64,000 nucleotides of DNA from NCBI GenBank assembly GCA_963727625.1, contig CAVSHR010000012.1, positions 512,001 through 576,000 on the forward strand. Reading direction: 5' to 3'. Shown here in pieces: positions 1-9,570 of this stretch (positions are counted from its first letter, which is position 1; each line of letters starts with the position of its first letter). A program made the translations under genes and the position numbers. A model generated the notes under the pieces. That model searched no databases, had not been told where the DNA came from, and was given only the letters and a program-made list of their open reading frames with translations. The stretch comes from an uncultured delta proteobacterium (GTDB lineage Bacteria; Desulfobacterota; Binatia; UBA9968).

Positions 1-9
1 GGCGGCAGA

Positions 10-984
10 TTGTATTTGAATTACGAATTTGCCCGTCCGGTCACTTCGTCGCAGCAACACACCAACCAGCTCGATCCGGAGCTCTTCCCCCATGCTTATA
101 ATATTTTAGAGGATGCTCACACCGGCCGGCGCGACGGAATATTGAAGCGTGACAAATTCGACCCGCGGGTTTTTCACACCCAGACTTCGACGGAGTATTG
201 GCAAAAACGCGGCTGCCTGGCGCACACGGACGGCAAAGGCAACGACATCGACCTCCCGGAAAACCTGCGCCTGTACGTCATCGCCAGCGCCCAGCACAAT
301 AGCCCATTCGGCTCCGAGCCGGTGAAGGACAATAGTCAATTGCCAGTCAATCCACTGCCTGCCGGCGACGTCTTGCGCGCGCTCATAGTCGCGCTTGATC
401 AATGGGCGACACAAGGAATTCCACCACCGCCAAGCCAATTTCCACGCGTCAAAGACGGCACGCTGGTTCAGCCGAATCGAAGATACACCGGATTTCCAAA
501 TATCCCCTGCGTCCGCTTTGCAGCTCTGCACAACCGTCAACTCTTTCTCGACTACGGCCCTAAAATTTTGCGCGGCAAGGTGACGATTCATCCGCCTCAG
601 TCGATTGGCAACGGCACGTACAAGGTTCTCGTCCCCAAGGTCGACGCCGATGGAAACGACCTGGCTGGCATTCGCCTGCCCGCCGTGCAAGTTCCCGTTG
701 GTAGCTATACCGGCTGGAATTTGCGCCCGCACGGCTTGGCCGAGAACGAATTAGCGGGCCTGCTCGGTTCGTTCATTCCCTTCGCCAAAACCGAAGCCGC
801 ACGGAACAAGATCGGCGACCCACGCCGGTCAATCGAAGAACGCTTTAAGAACCGGAACGATTACGTGAAGCAAATCAGTCGCGCGGCGCGGCAACTCGTC
901 GAAAAACGCTATCTGCTGGCCGAAGACGCCGAACGGATGATCGCCGAGGCCGCGAAGAACCAGCCTGCCCGGGCAAAAAAATAG
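10..984 (+). CDS. Alpha/beta hydrolase domain protein (Abhydrolase_10-like), 5'-truncated by window edge
   Basis: Open frame from window start; motifs TSTEYWQ, LYVIASAQH, VPKVDADGNDLAGIRLP, YTGWN. Confidence 0.7.
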   Translation: MYLNYEFARPVTSSQQHTNQLDPELFPHAYNILEDAHTGRRDGILKRDKFDPRVFHTQTSTEYWQKRGCLAHTDGKGNDIDLPENLRLYVIASAQHNSPFGSEPVKDNSQLPVNPLPAGDVLRALIVALDQWATQGIPPPPSQFPRVKDGTLVQPNRRYTGFPNIPCVRFAALHNRQLFLDYGPKILRGKVTIHPPQSIGNGTYKVLVPKVDADGNDLAGIRLPAVQVPVGSYTGWNLRPHGLAENELAGLLGSFIPFAKTEAARNKIGDPRRSIEERFKNRNDYVKQISRAARQLVEKRYLLAEDAERMIAEAAKNQPARAKK

Positions 985-1095
985 TAGAGAACCGTTTTTG
1001 AATAGTACAAGAATGCAGGCTGATTCTTCGTCGCTCTGCTCCTTGGCATAATACTCAAGAGGGAAGGCTTGCTACTCGCGTCTCAAGCCTCTTGG

Positions 1096-2106
1096 CTATT
1101 TTTGTTCGTAGAGATTCTTGATGAATCCGCTCTTGTCAAGCTCGCGGACAAAGCTCGGGTCCATGAACTCCTCAGGCTTGTGACTTCGGATTTCCGGTCT
1201 CCGGCTTGCCACGTAATCGTAGGTGGCCTCCAGGCCGTGCATGATCGGATAGGGGACCGAAATAAAATCCGCCTTAAAAATCTCGTAAGAGCCTTCCAGA
1301 AGGTCCCGATCATTGGTTCGAAGATATTTGCTCAAGACTTTTAGGCTGAAATCTTTGTGAGTTTTGAAATACGCGATGCCTTCGATGTGGGATTTCAACA
1401 TCCGCATCACGGTATCGCGATCTTCGACGATGCTTTTTCGGCGGGTCACGACGGACATCGAGGGATAAACGACTTCTTTCCGAGCATTGAACAACACGTG
1501 GTATCCCAGACGCAGGGCCCGCGCATCGGTCGGATAGGAGAGGTCCGCGGCATCGACATTACCCGATGCGAGCGCCTGCAACCGCTCAGGCGGGCTGCCG
1601 ATGGAAAGCCAGGTCACGTCCCGGTCGGGGTTCAATCCATGTTTGCGCAGAATGTAGCGAAAGAGAAAATCCCCCAGAGAGCCCAGGCTTGAGGTCGCGA
1701 TTTTCTTTCCCTTGAGGTCTTCCGCCTTGGTGATATTTTTTTTCACCAACAATTTACTCTGGACACCGGGAACCGTATGGGCAATATTTGTTAAATCCGC
1801 CCCGCTGAGATCCGCCAACATCACCGTCGGAAGAGCCACGGGCGCCGCAAAGAGGCTGCCGCCCAATATTGCCGCCGACGTTTGACCCGAGCCTTTAAGC
1901 AAGATCAACTCGACATCGAGGCCGTTCTTCTCGTAGATTTTGGCGTCCTTCGCCAGCCACGGAATCCAATTCGAGGCGGAAAGTGACGTCACGCCCCAGC
2001 GGATTTGCTTCAGCGGCTTGTCTTGGGCCTGCGCCGGTGCTAGCCACCCGAGAACACTTATCGCAAAAATAAAGAAAGTGGTTTTCCGTGATAATTTGTC
2101 CTTCAC
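1096..2106 (-). CDS. ABC transporter substrate-binding protein, NMT1/THI5 (TauA-like)
   Basis: Signal peptide ending AQA-QD, GLDVELI, DLKGKKIA, LQALASGNVDA; GTG start at 2106 chosen over ORF-track start 2160. Confidence 0.8.
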   Translation of the reverse strand: MKDKLSRKTTFFIFAISVLGWLAPAQAQDKPLKQIRWGVTSLSASNWIPWLAKDAKIYEKNGLDVELILLKGSGQTSAAILGGSLFAAPVALPTVMLADLSGADLTNIAHTVPGVQSKLLVKKNITKAEDLKGKKIATSSLGSLGDFLFRYILRKHGLNPDRDVTWLSIGSPPERLQALASGNVDAADLSYPTDARALRLGYHVLFNARKEVVYPSMSVVTRRKSIVEDRDTVMRMLKSHIEGIAYFKTHKDFSLKVLSKYLRTNDRDLLEGSYEIFKADFISVPYPIMHGLEATYDYVASRRPEIRSHKPEEFMDPSFVRELDKSGFIKNLYEQK

Positions 2107-2143
2107 GCGTTTTCTCCTCTCAAGGATTCTTCGCTCGCGCTGG

Positions 2144-3136
2144 CTATCGCCGATTGCCAAGATTCTTGATAAAGCCGCTCGCCTCGATCTTCTTTAAATA
2201 GCTCATGTCATAAAAATCCTCAGGTTTGGCGGTCGCCGCCTTCGGCTGCTTTTCGGCCAGAAACTCCAGCACGGTTTGTACCGCCTTCGGGCTAGCGTAA
2301 GGCATCACCGGCATGAGAGCGACATAATACTCGTAGCCTTCTTCGGCGCGCGCTCGGTCTTTCATCCTGAGGAATTTCATAACACCCGCCAAGGTCTTTT
2401 CCTTTTCTGTCCTGAAGAAATGCAGCGAATCGATATAGCCCTTTAGAAAATTTTCCACCAGCCGAGTATGACTTCGAATATAGGGTCCCATGCCCGCGAT
2501 CGAGCTGCCCGAATATTCGATGTCGGTCTTTCTCAAGTCGGCGAGCTCGTTAAAACCGAGCTGCTTCGCGATAGCGCTATAAGGCGGAGCGAGAACCGTG
2601 GCCGCGACCGCGCCGCGGTGCAGCGAATTCAGCCGCCCCTGCTGGCTTTCCGCGACCGAAATAAAAATCACGTCCTTGTCCGGCGACAAACCGTTGCGGC
2701 GCAAGTACAGACGCAAGGCGCTGTCCGCGGACGCGCCCGGCCGGGTACCGGTGACGATTTTACCTTTCAAATCCTTAGCCGATTTTATCGTCGGAGCAGC
2801 AAAGACCGTGTAATCGAGCTTGTTCGACTGCACCGTGAGCATCACGATGTCGATGCCGCCCAGATGCGCGCCGATCGTAGCGGTGGAACCGGCGGACAGA
2901 AACTGCACGGAATTGGAGGTAACGGCCGCGATGGAATTCATTCCTCCGCCCATGTAGATCGGTTCGACATCGACGCCGTATTTAGCGAACAATCCATACT
3001 GAGCACCGACGGGAATAACGCTCGTGTTCACCGAGATCGCGCCCAGCGCAACGCGAACTTTTTCGCCATGCTGCGCCGCGGCGATCTGCGGCAATAGAAA
3101 TAAAACGAATGCGAATAAAAACTTAAAACGTATCAC
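2144..3136 (-). CDS. ABC transporter substrate-binding protein, NMT1/THI5 (TauA-like)
   Basis: Signal peptide, GLFAKYGVDVE, DLKGKIV; paralog of the downstream gene. Confidence 0.8.
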   Translation of the reverse strand: MIRFKFLFAFVLFLLPQIAAAQHGEKVRVALGAISVNTSVIPVGAQYGLFAKYGVDVEPIYMGGGMNSIAAVTSNSVQFLSAGSTATIGAHLGGIDIVMLTVQSNKLDYTVFAAPTIKSAKDLKGKIVTGTRPGASADSALRLYLRRNGLSPDKDVIFISVAESQQGRLNSLHRGAVAATVLAPPYSAIAKQLGFNELADLRKTDIEYSGSSIAGMGPYIRSHTRLVENFLKGYIDSLHFFRTEKEKTLAGVMKFLRMKDRARAEEGYEYYVALMPVMPYASPKAVQTVLEFLAEKQPKAATAKPEDFYDMSYLKKIEASGFIKNLGNRR

Positions 3137-3193
3137 AGTGATGCTTTCCTCTCTTTGTTTTTCTTGTGGTCGCCTGCCGGTTGGCGAGCACTG

Positions 3194-5140
3194 TTAATCC
3201 TCTTCGTATTGTTCCTTTAACTTCGCCACCACGGCCGGGTCCGCCAGCGTCGTCGTGTCGCCCAGCGCGCGGCTGTCGGCGATGTCGCGCAGCAAGCGGC
3301 GCATGATCTTTCCGCTGCGGGTCTTCGGCAGTTCCGCGGTAAAAAGTATTTCATCCGGCCGGGCAATCGGTCCGATTTTTTTCGCCACGTGGCCCTTCAA
3401 CTCGTCGACGAGCGCGTTGCTGCCTTCGATACCCGCCTTCAGCGATACAAAGGCGCAGATCGCCTGGCCTTTGATCTCGTGTTCTTTGCCTATCACTGCG
3501 GCTTCCGCGACGTTTTGGTGATCGACCAGGGCGCTCTCAACTTCCATCGTGCTGATTCGATGACCGGCCACGTTCATCACGTCGTCGACCCGGCCCAGGA
3601 GCCAAAAATATCCGTCTTTGTCCCGCTTGCAGCCGTCGCCAGCGAAATATTTTCCTGGAAAACGGCTCCAGTAAGTTTGCACGAACCGGTCCGGGTCGCC
3701 GTAAATCGTGCGCATCATCGCCGGCCAGGGTTTGGTAAGTACCAAGTATCCGCCACCGCCTTTGGGAACCGACTTTCCCTGCTCGTCGACGACGTCGGCT
3801 TCGATTCCTGGAAACGGCATGGTCGCCGATCCAGGCTTGAGCTTCGTTAAGCCGGGCAGCGGCGTGATCAGCGGATGACCGGTTTCGGTCTGCCACCAGG
3901 TGTCCAGCACAGGACAGCGTCCGCCGCCAATGTTTTTGTGGTACCACATCCAAGCCTCGGGATTGATCGGTTCACCGACAGTGCCCAGCAGCCGCAGGCT
4001 TTTTAAGTTATGCTTGCCGGGAAATTCCGCTCCCCAGCGCATGAACGTGCGGATCGCCGTGGGCGCGGTGTGAAAGATCGTCACGCCGTATTTTTCCACG
4101 ATGCGCCACAGCCGATCTTTGTCGGGCCAGTCCGGCGTGCCCTCGTACATCACCTGGGTGACGCCGTTGGCCATCGGGCCGTAGACAATATGCGTATGCC
4201 CGGTCACCCAGCCGATATCGGCGGCGCACCAGAAGACGTCGTCTTCTTTCATATCGAAGACCCACTTATTGACCAGGTGCACGCCGGTCAGATAGCCCCC
4301 CGTCGTGTGCACAATGCCTTTGGGTTTGCCGGTCGTGCCGCTCGTATAGAGGATAAAGAGCGTGTCCTCACTGTCCATTTTTTCCGGCTCGCACCATAAG
4401 GGCGCATCGGCCATCAGATCGTCCCACCAATGATCTCGATTCTCTTTCATTTGCGCGCCGGACTCCGCGCCGACGCGCTTGACCACGACGACATGTTCGA
4501 TGGACGGCGCATCGGTCAGCGCTTCATCGACGTTGGTTTTCAACGGCACCACGGCACCACGGCGGTAGCCGCCGTCCGCGGCCACCAGCACCTTCGCTTG
4601 CGCGTCGTTGATACGGTCGCGCAGCGATTCCGCGCTAAAGCCGCCGAAGACCACGCTGTGCGGCGCGCCGATGCGGTTACAGGCGTGCATGGCGATCACC
4701 AGTTCGGGCACCATGCCCATGTAGAGACAGACACGGTCGCCCCTTTTTATCCCGAGCTTTTTGAGCACATTGGCGAATTTATTGACCTCCCGCCAAACAT
4801 CGCGGTAGGTCAGCACGCGCTCGTCGCCCGGCTCGCCCTCCCAGATGATCGCCGCCTTGTTTTTACGTCCGCCATGAACATGGCGATCGAGACAGTTGTA
4901 TGACGCGTTGATTTTTCCGCCGATGAACCACTTCGCCCAAGGCGTATTCCATTCCAGAACTTTTTTCCACGGTTTGAACCAATACAGTTCTTTGGCGGCT
5001 CTGGCCCAAAATGCCTGCGGGTTTTTACGCGCCGTGTTGAAAATGCTCGCGCTTTTAACGTTGGCGTGTTTTTTGAATTCCTTGGGCGGCGGAAAATTTC
5101 TTTTCTCGTTTAGCAAAACCTCGATAGCCTTATCGGCCAT
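3194..5140 (-). CDS. acs: Acetyl-CoA synthetase (AMP-forming)
   Basis: [44 protein letters not shown]; GAGG SD before ATG at 5140. Confidence 0.97.
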   Translation of the reverse strand: MADKAIEVLLNEKRNFPPPKEFKKHANVKSASIFNTARKNPQAFWARAAKELYWFKPWKKVLEWNTPWAKWFIGGKINASYNCLDRHVHGGRKNKAAIIWEGEPGDERVLTYRDVWREVNKFANVLKKLGIKRGDRVCLYMGMVPELVIAMHACNRIGAPHSVVFGGFSAESLRDRINDAQAKVLVAADGGYRRGAVVPLKTNVDEALTDAPSIEHVVVVKRVGAESGAQMKENRDHWWDDLMADAPLWCEPEKMDSEDTLFILYTSGTTGKPKGIVHTTGGYLTGVHLVNKWVFDMKEDDVFWCAADIGWVTGHTHIVYGPMANGVTQVMYEGTPDWPDKDRLWRIVEKYGVTIFHTAPTAIRTFMRWGAEFPGKHNLKSLRLLGTVGEPINPEAWMWYHKNIGGGRCPVLDTWWQTETGHPLITPLPGLTKLKPGSATMPFPGIEADVVDEQGKSVPKGGGGYLVLTKPWPAMMRTIYGDPDRFVQTYWSRFPGKYFAGDGCKRDKDGYFWLLGRVDDVMNVAGHRISTMEVESALVDHQNVAEAAVIGKEHEIKGQAICAFVSLKAGIEGSNALVDELKGHVAKKIGPIARPDEILFTAELPKTRSGKIMRRLLRDIADSRALGDTTTLADPAVVAKLKEQYEED

Positions 5141-5354
5141 AGCGCAGCCTCCTCGAAAAATAATCGGACCAATCAAAGAAAACGCCTCGGATTCTATTTG
5201 ACGCTCACGGGCTTGGCAAGAGCCTCGCGGTCATTGGCCCCGGATCTGGCGTTTGGAGACGTGAGTGCCGAGAGTCCAAACAGTTCGGGGTCGATTGACG
5301 ACAACCCATCGCCCGCGCTATGGGAGGAACTGATCCATCCACAAGGAGTTGCCA

Positions 5355-6095
5355 ATGGACAAGATCGCCGTGGTTACCGGGGGCGCAGGCGGCATCGGTC
5401 AAGCTGTCGCCGAAAGATTCTTCAAGGAAAAGTATGCCCTGGTGTTGCTAGACTTGAACGATGAAGCGGGTCAGACGATGGCGGCCAAATTGAGCAAGCG
5501 CGGCGCGGCAACAATGTTTCTACCGGCAAATCTCACTCAAGAAGCCGACGTCAAAGCCGTCTTCGAGAAAATCATCGCCGCTCAGGGTCGCGTGGACATC
5601 CTGGTCAACGTAGCCGGAGGAAGTCTGCACCGCCATCCTCTGGAAGATTTCCCCTTGGCGCACTGGCGCGAGGTCATCGACGCCAATCTCACTTCGACTT
5701 TTCTCTGCTGTCGCGCCGTAGCGGCACGCATGAAAAGTCAAAAACGCGGCGCAATCGTGAACATCTCTTCGGATATCGGCTTCAGCGGCGACGCCGGCCG
5801 GTCCGCCTACGCGGCCGCTAAAGCCGGCATACTCGGCTTAACCAGGACGCTCGCCCTCGAACTGGCCCCGTTCGGCGTGCGCGCCAACGCCGTAGCGCCG
5901 GGGCGTATCGCCACGCAGAGGGTGAGAGCGAATTATACCGACGCGGAATGGGAAGCCGCGGCCAAAAAAATTCCCCTCGGTCACGCCGGCACTCCGGAAG
6001 ACGTCGCGGAGGCCGTCACCTACCTCGCCGGCGATGCCAGCAGGCACATGACCGGACAGACGCTCCATGTAAACGGCGGCCGGATGATGAGCTAG
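5355..6095 (+). CDS. SDR family oxidoreductase (FabG-like)
   Basis: TGGAGGIG, YAAAK, NAVAPG, TGQTLHVNGG. Confidence 0.9.
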   Translation: MDKIAVVTGGAGGIGQAVAERFFKEKYALVLLDLNDEAGQTMAAKLSKRGAATMFLPANLTQEADVKAVFEKIIAAQGRVDILVNVAGGSLHRHPLEDFPLAHWREVIDANLTSTFLCCRAVAARMKSQKRGAIVNISSDIGFSGDAGRSAYAAAKAGILGLTRTLALELAPFGVRANAVAPGRIATQRVRANYTDAEWEAAAKKIPLGHAGTPEDVAEAVTYLAGDASRHMTGQTLHVNGGRMMS

Positions 6096-6227
6096 TTATC
6101 CGTCTTTTGAGAAATTAAATTCTTCGCTTCTGATATTGAGCTATCGTTCGCGGCAAAAAAAGACGGAAGCGTAGATGATCGCACTTCCGGTTTGGGATTC
6201 AACGAAATCTATTTTGACTGGCAAGTT

Positions 6228-7571
6228 CTATCGCGCCGCTTTGCGCGCCGCGATGACTTCGAGCATTTTCTCGTCGCTGGTGTATTTGAAATCCCAGGTT
6301 TTTCTAGCGCGCGCCTGTTCGTGCTCGGCGCTTTCCAGGAGCTCGATATCTTCCTTGGTCACGACCGACACGCCTTTTTTCTTAAGCCCGTCGATCAAGG
6401 CTTCGATTCTCGCTTCCATCTCGCCGCTCGAGAGGCCTTCTTTGGATGAAAGGTATCCGTTGACGACTTTCATGCCGCGCTCGGCGTCCTGCTTGGCCAC
6501 GCCGACCAGACCAACGCTGGCATTGCGCGACCAACCCGCGACAAAAATACTGTCGAGTGCTTTTTTGGTTTCCGGATCGTAAGACTGATACGCCGCAGGA
6601 TTCGGATCGCCGGGGAGTTTCTCCGGGTTGGTCACAAATGCGCCGCGCGAAAACGGCAAGCCGAGCGACGCATCGACCTGATCACCGATGGCGTAGATCA
6701 CGCAATCGACCTCGATCCGCCGCTTTTTTCCAGTGCCTTTGGCCACGGTCCGGCCGTCCCGCAGAACCATTTCGTTTTCTTCAGCTTCAAGTGCGGCCGC
6801 CCGGCCCTGCGCGTTGGCAATCACTTTTGTCGGTGAGCATAGGTAGCGGAAAGTCAGCCGGCGCCCTTCAGCAGGCTCGCCTTGTTTGACAAACTTTTGC
6901 TTAATTTCTTCCACGTTTTGCCCAACCGCCAAGAGTTGCGGCGCGATGCGGTCAATCTCTTGCTTCATGTCGGCGTTGTCGAGGTATTGCTCGATCACCT
7001 CGAATTCACTGTCGTCGTAGGCCTTTTCGAGCGGCCCGCGCCGTGCCACGACCACCACCTGGTCGATCTTTTTGTGATTTAGCAACCAATTGGCGATATC
7101 GACCATGACGTTGCCCATCCCGATGATGGCGACGCGCCGGCCAATTTCGAAATTACGCTCGCTGAAGGGTGGCAACGAATTAAAGTGATAAACGACGTCC
7201 TTCGCATGATAAACGCCGACGCAATCCTCGCCTTCGATGCCCAATTTTTTAGTCCCTTGGGCGCCGGCGGTGACAACGATCGCGCCGAATCCCATGTTTT
7301 TAAGCTCATCCAAATTCAGCGCTTTGTTCTGCCCGACGGTTACGTGGCCGAGGTAGAACACTTTCGGATCGGCGAGGATTTTCTTAAATTGTTTGCGCAA
7401 GCCAGTCTTCATCTTCTCTTTGTCGACGAATATTCCATATTCCGCCAAACCTCCCGGCTTGATGTCGCGGTTAAGCAAGACAACGCGATGTCCCGCCTCG
7501 GCCAGCTTGCGAGCACCATAAAGCCCTGCTGGACCAGCGCCGACAACCGCAACCAAATGTTGTTTCGACAT
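6228..7571 (-). CDS. FAD-dependent ferredoxin-NADP+ reductase (FprA/adrenodoxin reductase-like)
   Basis: GAGPAG, GGLAEYG, IIGMGNVMVD, ARRGP, FVAGW. Confidence 0.8.
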   Translation of the reverse strand: MSKQHLVAVVGAGPAGLYGARKLAEAGHRVVLLNRDIKPGGLAEYGIFVDKEKMKTGLRKQFKKILADPKVFYLGHVTVGQNKALNLDELKNMGFGAIVVTAGAQGTKKLGIEGEDCVGVYHAKDVVYHFNSLPPFSERNFEIGRRVAIIGMGNVMVDIANWLLNHKKIDQVVVVARRGPLEKAYDDSEFEVIEQYLDNADMKQEIDRIAPQLLAVGQNVEEIKQKFVKQGEPAEGRRLTFRYLCSPTKVIANAQGRAAALEAEENEMVLRDGRTVAKGTGKKRRIEVDCVIYAIGDQVDASLGLPFSRGAFVTNPEKLPGDPNPAAYQSYDPETKKALDSIFVAGWSRNASVGLVGVAKQDAERGMKVVNGYLSSKEGLSSGEMEARIEALIDGLKKKGVSVVTKEDIELLESAEHEQARARKTWDFKYTSDEKMLEVIAARKAAR

Positions 7572-7657
7572 TTTCCTAACCTCGATAATCGGATTAAAAT
7601 TCTCTCGCCGTTGAGAGGGTTCCAGTTGTAAACGGGCAGAAAAGGAAAAGCAGGGAT

Positions 7658-7927
7658 TTACTGAAGTTCCCTTTTACCTTCGTATTCCAATTCCGTGCCT
7701 CGGGAATCTTTGTGAGTAAAGGAAACCAACTCCCACGAGCCGTCTTCCAAAGGGCCCTTCAGGATGTAGGAATTCTCATCCCTTCCGAGCACGCGGAAAT
7801 AACATGCTTGCTCGCCATGCCAGCGATCGACGCATGCTTCCACTTCGATCGTTCGTGTTCCAAGGGTAAACCGGGTAGGAGTTTCTTGCCCCTTCGAGTC
7901 AGATTCAGATTCAACTTTAATTTTCAT
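7658..7927 (-). CDS. Small hypothetical protein
   Basis: 89-aa ORF with P.RF.LG, DRW.G, YFRV pattern; co-oriented with the reductase. Confidence 0.6.
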   Translation of the reverse strand: MKIKVESESDSKGQETPTRFTLGTRTIEVEACVDRWHGEQACYFRVLGRDENSYILKGPLEDGSWELVSFTHKDSRGTELEYEGKRELQ

Positions 7928-7998
7928 CGGTGACTCGCTTGTCCGGCGAAGCGAACAACGTAATATAACGTAAAATTCTCCAATTGAAAAGGAGCGCC

Positions 7999-8682
7999 AT
8001 GGACACCATCAGCCGCTTGAAACAGGATATGATCAGCGCCTGCCGGATCCTATCTCATCAGAAACTAGTCGAGGGCTTCGGCCATGTCAGCGCACGGATC
8101 CCGGAAAGCGAGCTTTTTTTAATAACGCCCAGAATCGGCCTCGCCCTGGTTGAGGAATCCAACCTTTTAACCATGAACCTTGAGGGCAAGGTGGTCGAGG
8201 GCGGCAATCCCGCGCCCTTCGAGGCCAGATTGCATATTGCCATCATGCGATCGAAGCCTCAGGTCAACGCGATCACCAGGATTCACGCCCGGATGGCGAA
8301 CATATTCTCCATCACCGACCGTAAGCTTGAGCCAGTGCACAATCACGGCAGCTTTTTTACCGGAGGGGTGCCGGTGTTTTCCACTCCAGATCTAATTTCG
8401 ACGGAGAAATTGGGACAGGAGGTGGCTGCGGCGCTGGGCGACAAGCCGGCCATCCTTTTGCGCGGCAACGGCCAAGTGACGGTGGGCAGAACCATTCCCG
8501 AAGCCGTGATGATGGCGATCTATTTGGAGGAAGCCGCCGAGGTATTGCACGGCGCGCTGCAGATCGGCACACCGGTGCCGCTGACCTTGGATGAATCGAA
8601 GCAACGCCAGCTTGAGGCGTTGCCCCCGATTGACATGGAACGGGCGTGGAATTTCTTCAAATCTAAGGTTGTCGAGCGCTAG
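7999..8682 (+). CDS. Class II aldolase/adducin family protein
   Basis: GFGHVSAR, E..LH..I, AILLRGNG; two usual Zn-ligand His appear substituted (TRIHA, RGNG). Confidence 0.85.
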   Translation: MDTISRLKQDMISACRILSHQKLVEGFGHVSARIPESELFLITPRIGLALVEESNLLTMNLEGKVVEGGNPAPFEARLHIAIMRSKPQVNAITRIHARMANIFSITDRKLEPVHNHGSFFTGGVPVFSTPDLISTEKLGQEVAAALGDKPAILLRGNGQVTVGRTIPEAVMMAIYLEEAAEVLHGALQIGTPVPLTLDESKQRQLEALPPIDMERAWNFFKSKVVER

Positions 8683-8740
8683 CTTGAAGCGATCGTCGCG
8701 CAGCTTGGTAAATTTTCAACAAGGCGCAAGTTTGATAAAA

Positions 8741-8775
8741 AGAGCGCGGCGCCCAGTCACGGAGCGCCGCGCTCT
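8741..8775 (-). terminator. Rho-independent terminator between convergent genes
   Basis: 12-bp stem agagcgcggcgc/gcgccgcgctct; adjacent A-run gives a U-tract on the minus strand. Confidence 0.7.
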
Positions 8776-8793
8776 CACAGGCTCGGAGGGTGC

Positions 8794-9507
8794 TTACTTC
8801 CCGGCCATTTCCAAGTTAACCTTGGCGTCTTGTTTAGCCTTAACAGTGACTTTCTGCGTGCTCTTGCCGAGCTTTTCATGCCACACTTCCACCGTGTAAG
8901 TTCCCGGCGGCACGTCCGTCAACTTGAAGCTGCCGGAACTATCGGTAACCGCAAAATAAGGATTCGGCGCGGCCACCAACCAGCCGTGCATCCAGCCATG
9001 CACGTCGCACTTGATCTCGACGGCTTCAGGCTTCTCGACCTTGACCTGGAGGCTCTTTTTGAACTTTGGTTGAGCATGGTTAAACGGGCTGTTGACCTTG
9101 CTGTAGGAATGGACATTGTGGAGAATTCCATCCGGGTTCAAGATTTCAACCGGCGTACCGGCCGTGAACGCCAGCACATGCGGATGATATTCGCAGCCCC
9201 TCTGGTCTAAGACGATTTTTTTGGAATCGATTTTTTTGCCCTTTTGAATATCCGTAATGGTGACAACGGCATTGACCAAATTGCCGCCATTGACCATCAA
9301 CGATTGATCCACCTTCGGGGTTTTGCCGCAAACATCCTTGTCTTTGCCGACGTCTAGTTTTTTCGGCGTGGGAGCGGTGCCTTTGAATTTTACCGTCCCA
9401 GAGATGCTTCCGCCGTCTTTTACCTCGCCGCCTTGATAAGCCGCCATACTACTGACCGGCAAAGCCAATAGCGCCGCTGACAAGAGAACTGAGCCCAACT
9501 TTCTCAT
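8794..9507 (-). CDS. Periplasmic cupredoxin-like protein with carboxypeptidase-regulatory-like domain
   Basis: Signal peptide; HNVH and CDVHGWM type-1-Cu-like ligands; VPPGTYTVEVWHE. Confidence 0.75.
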   Translation of the reverse strand: MRKLGSVLLSAALLALPVSSMAAYQGGEVKDGGSISGTVKFKGTAPTPKKLDVGKDKDVCGKTPKVDQSLMVNGGNLVNAVVTITDIQKGKKIDSKKIVLDQRGCEYHPHVLAFTAGTPVEILNPDGILHNVHSYSKVNSPFNHAQPKFKKSLQVKVEKPEAVEIKCDVHGWMHGWLVAAPNPYFAVTDSSGSFKLTDVPPGTYTVEVWHEKLGKSTQKVTVKAKQDAKVNLEMAGK

Positions 9508-9570
9508 ACTTTCCTCCTTCGGATTAAAGACTAACACTTATTTCGACGAATCTACACGCCCGTTTATTCA